Shown: one piece after another, positions 63,243-64,000 of the stretch | How positions within the stretch are numbered: position 1 is the first letter of the stretch | Layout: each line of letters opens with the position of its first letter | NCBI GenBank assembly: GCA_016187035.1 | Contig: JACPKL010000005.1 | Span: 135,150 to 199,149 of the forward strand | Length of the DNA stretch: 64,000 nucleotides | From: Candidatus Daviesbacteria bacterium | GTDB taxonomy: Bacteria; Patescibacteriota; Microgenomatia; Daviesbacterales; UBA10151 | Reading direction: 5' to 3' | Program-made: the position numbers and the translations under genes | The notes under the pieces: generated by a model | The model's input: the letters and a program-made list of their open reading frames with translations, nothing else | What the model was told of the DNA's origin: nothing | Database searches by the model: none

Positions 63243-64000
63243 GTTTTACATAATCATTTTGAGTATTATATTAGCCGGAATATATTGGCAGTGGTGGATT
63301 CCCGGACCGAGAGTAGCAAGTGATTTTTCCCTGCTTTCTCAAGACTTATTGAAGTCCCTAGCGGCTTTTCCTCAAACTTGGTCAGTAGGTGGTACGGAAG
63401 GATTAGGAGAGTATGCTAGTTTCACTTTATGGTCATGGCCTTTTAATCTGCTGCTGGGCTTACTTGCAAATTTAAATTTTTCTTTCGTTATCTTGGAACG
63501 ATTATCTATCATAATACCTTTCTTATTTTTAGGAAGTTATGGAATTTGGAAGCTGTTTGAATACTTCGAACTATCTGTTTATGCAAGACTAATATCTATC
63601 TTATTTTATCTAGCCAACTCATACATCATTTTGGTAATTGATGGGGGGCAATTATCAATTAGTTTAGCTTATGCGCTTTTCCCTTTAGGATTTCTGTCTT
63701 TGGAGTATGGAATTAGAGGTAATTTAAGGAAGAAAATTTTATCTGCATTAGTAATTTCATTAATTGGATTTTTCGATATAAGATTTATCTATGTTTTTTT
63801 ACTACTTTGTTTTATTAAGTTCTTATATGAATTTTTATTTCTTCGTCTTAATGCGTGGTTACCTTGGATTAGGAGTTGGTTAAAGAGCGGATTAATAATT
63901 ACTGCTATAGTGTTAGGATTAAATGCATATTGGATAATAATTATTTTAAAGTTTCCTCTTTCGGATAATTTTTATAGTTATCTTACAGAATCCTCATCTA
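63232..64000 (+). CDS. Polytopic membrane protein, GT-C/YfhO-like candidate; N-terminal 256 aa, continues past the window end
   Basis: Own translation from ATG 63232: MKNKFYIIILSIILAGIYWQWWIPGPRVASDFSLLSQDLL...GGTEGLGEYASFTLWSWPFNLLLG..., open to position 64000 with no stop. One TM helix, then an acidic loop, then multiple TM segments. Confidence 0.5.
   Translation, partial: MKNKFYIIILSIILAGIYWQWWIPGPRVASDFSLLSQDLLKSLAAFPQTWSVGGTEGLGEYASFTLWSWPFNLLLGLLANLNFSFVILERLSIIIPFLFLGSYGIWKLFEYFELSVYARLISILFYLANSYIILVIDGGQLSISLAYALFPLGFLSLEYGIRGNLRKKILSALVISLIGFFDIRFIYVFLLLCFIKFLYEFLFLRLNAWLPWIRSWLKSGLIITAIVLGLNAYWIIIILKFPLSDNFYSYLTESSS

Noticed and set aside
1-64000. Alternative genetic code (UGA recoding, as in some candidate-phyla bacteria)
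   Set aside because: TGA terminates ORFs exactly at conserved family C-termini and at ATGA coupling junctions (for example 21667-21669, 23019-23021, 36473-36475, 61205-61207). No family-conserved ORF is interrupted by an in-frame TGA.
1-64000. CRISPR arrays, transposons/IS elements, integrases, prophage genes, toxin-antitoxin or restriction/defence genes
   Set aside because: No direct-repeat/spacer periodicity, no inverted terminal repeats, and no ORF with transposase, integrase, nuclease or ATPase motifs was seen. Every sizeable ORF is accounted for by sugar metabolism or membrane glycosyltransferase-like families.
1-64000. Archaeal (DPANN-like) origin of the fragment
   Set aside because: The best promoter matches have a bacterial -35/-10 geometry with the -10 element 6-9 nt from the start codon, rather than a TATA box near -26. 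GC-rich hairpin plus U-tract terminators are present. The assignment to Bacteria remains an inference.

Overview
Very AT-rich window (about 30% GC by eye, not computed) that is almost entirely coding. I found no rRNA, tRNA, CRISPR array, transposase or integrase. The standard genetic code applies: TAA, TAG and TGA all end conserved ORFs. Expression signals look bacterial. There are two near-consensus sigma70-type promoters and two intrinsic terminator hairpins. Many start/stop overlaps of the ATGA or TAATG type occur, and there is almost no Shine-Dalgarno sequence upstream of starts.

The whole 64 kb reads as one large cell-surface glycan biosynthesis island with four layers:
1. About 30 cytoplasmic nucleotide-sugar and sugar-modifying enzymes. 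These include GalE, a kinase / nucleotidyltransferase-HAD / carbamoyltransferase module, an Fcl-like enzyme, a DegT aminotransferase and RfbF. They also include a UXS-like decarboxylase, three UGDH-family dehydrogenases, two TylC3-type C-methyltransferases and two Gfo/Idh/MocA oxidoreductases. A complete GDP-D-glycero-alpha-D-manno-heptose set (GmhA, HddA, GmhB, HddC) sits beside a transaldolase. Several SDRs and SAM methyltransferases complete the layer.
2. Three GT2 enzymes with the polyprenyl-phosphate-sugar synthase signature, plus several GT4/GT2 transferases.
3. Thirteen polytopic GT-C-type membrane proteins. From the coordinates they total about 26.4 kb, roughly 41% of the window. They fall into three groups: a six-paralog PMT_2/ArnT-like family with a shared C-terminal NFYAF tail, four AftD(DUF3367)/YfhO-like proteins (two of them over 1150 aa), and three more divergent members.
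4. Four homologous small membrane proteins, each overlapping or abutting a large GT-C gene.

No Wzx, Wzy, ABC exporter or initiating phosphoglycosyltransferase is recognisable. The composition and gene content are reminiscent of a small-genome, CPR/Patescibacteria-like bacterium, but that is inference only. All family calls come from reading motifs in the translations; no database search was possible.
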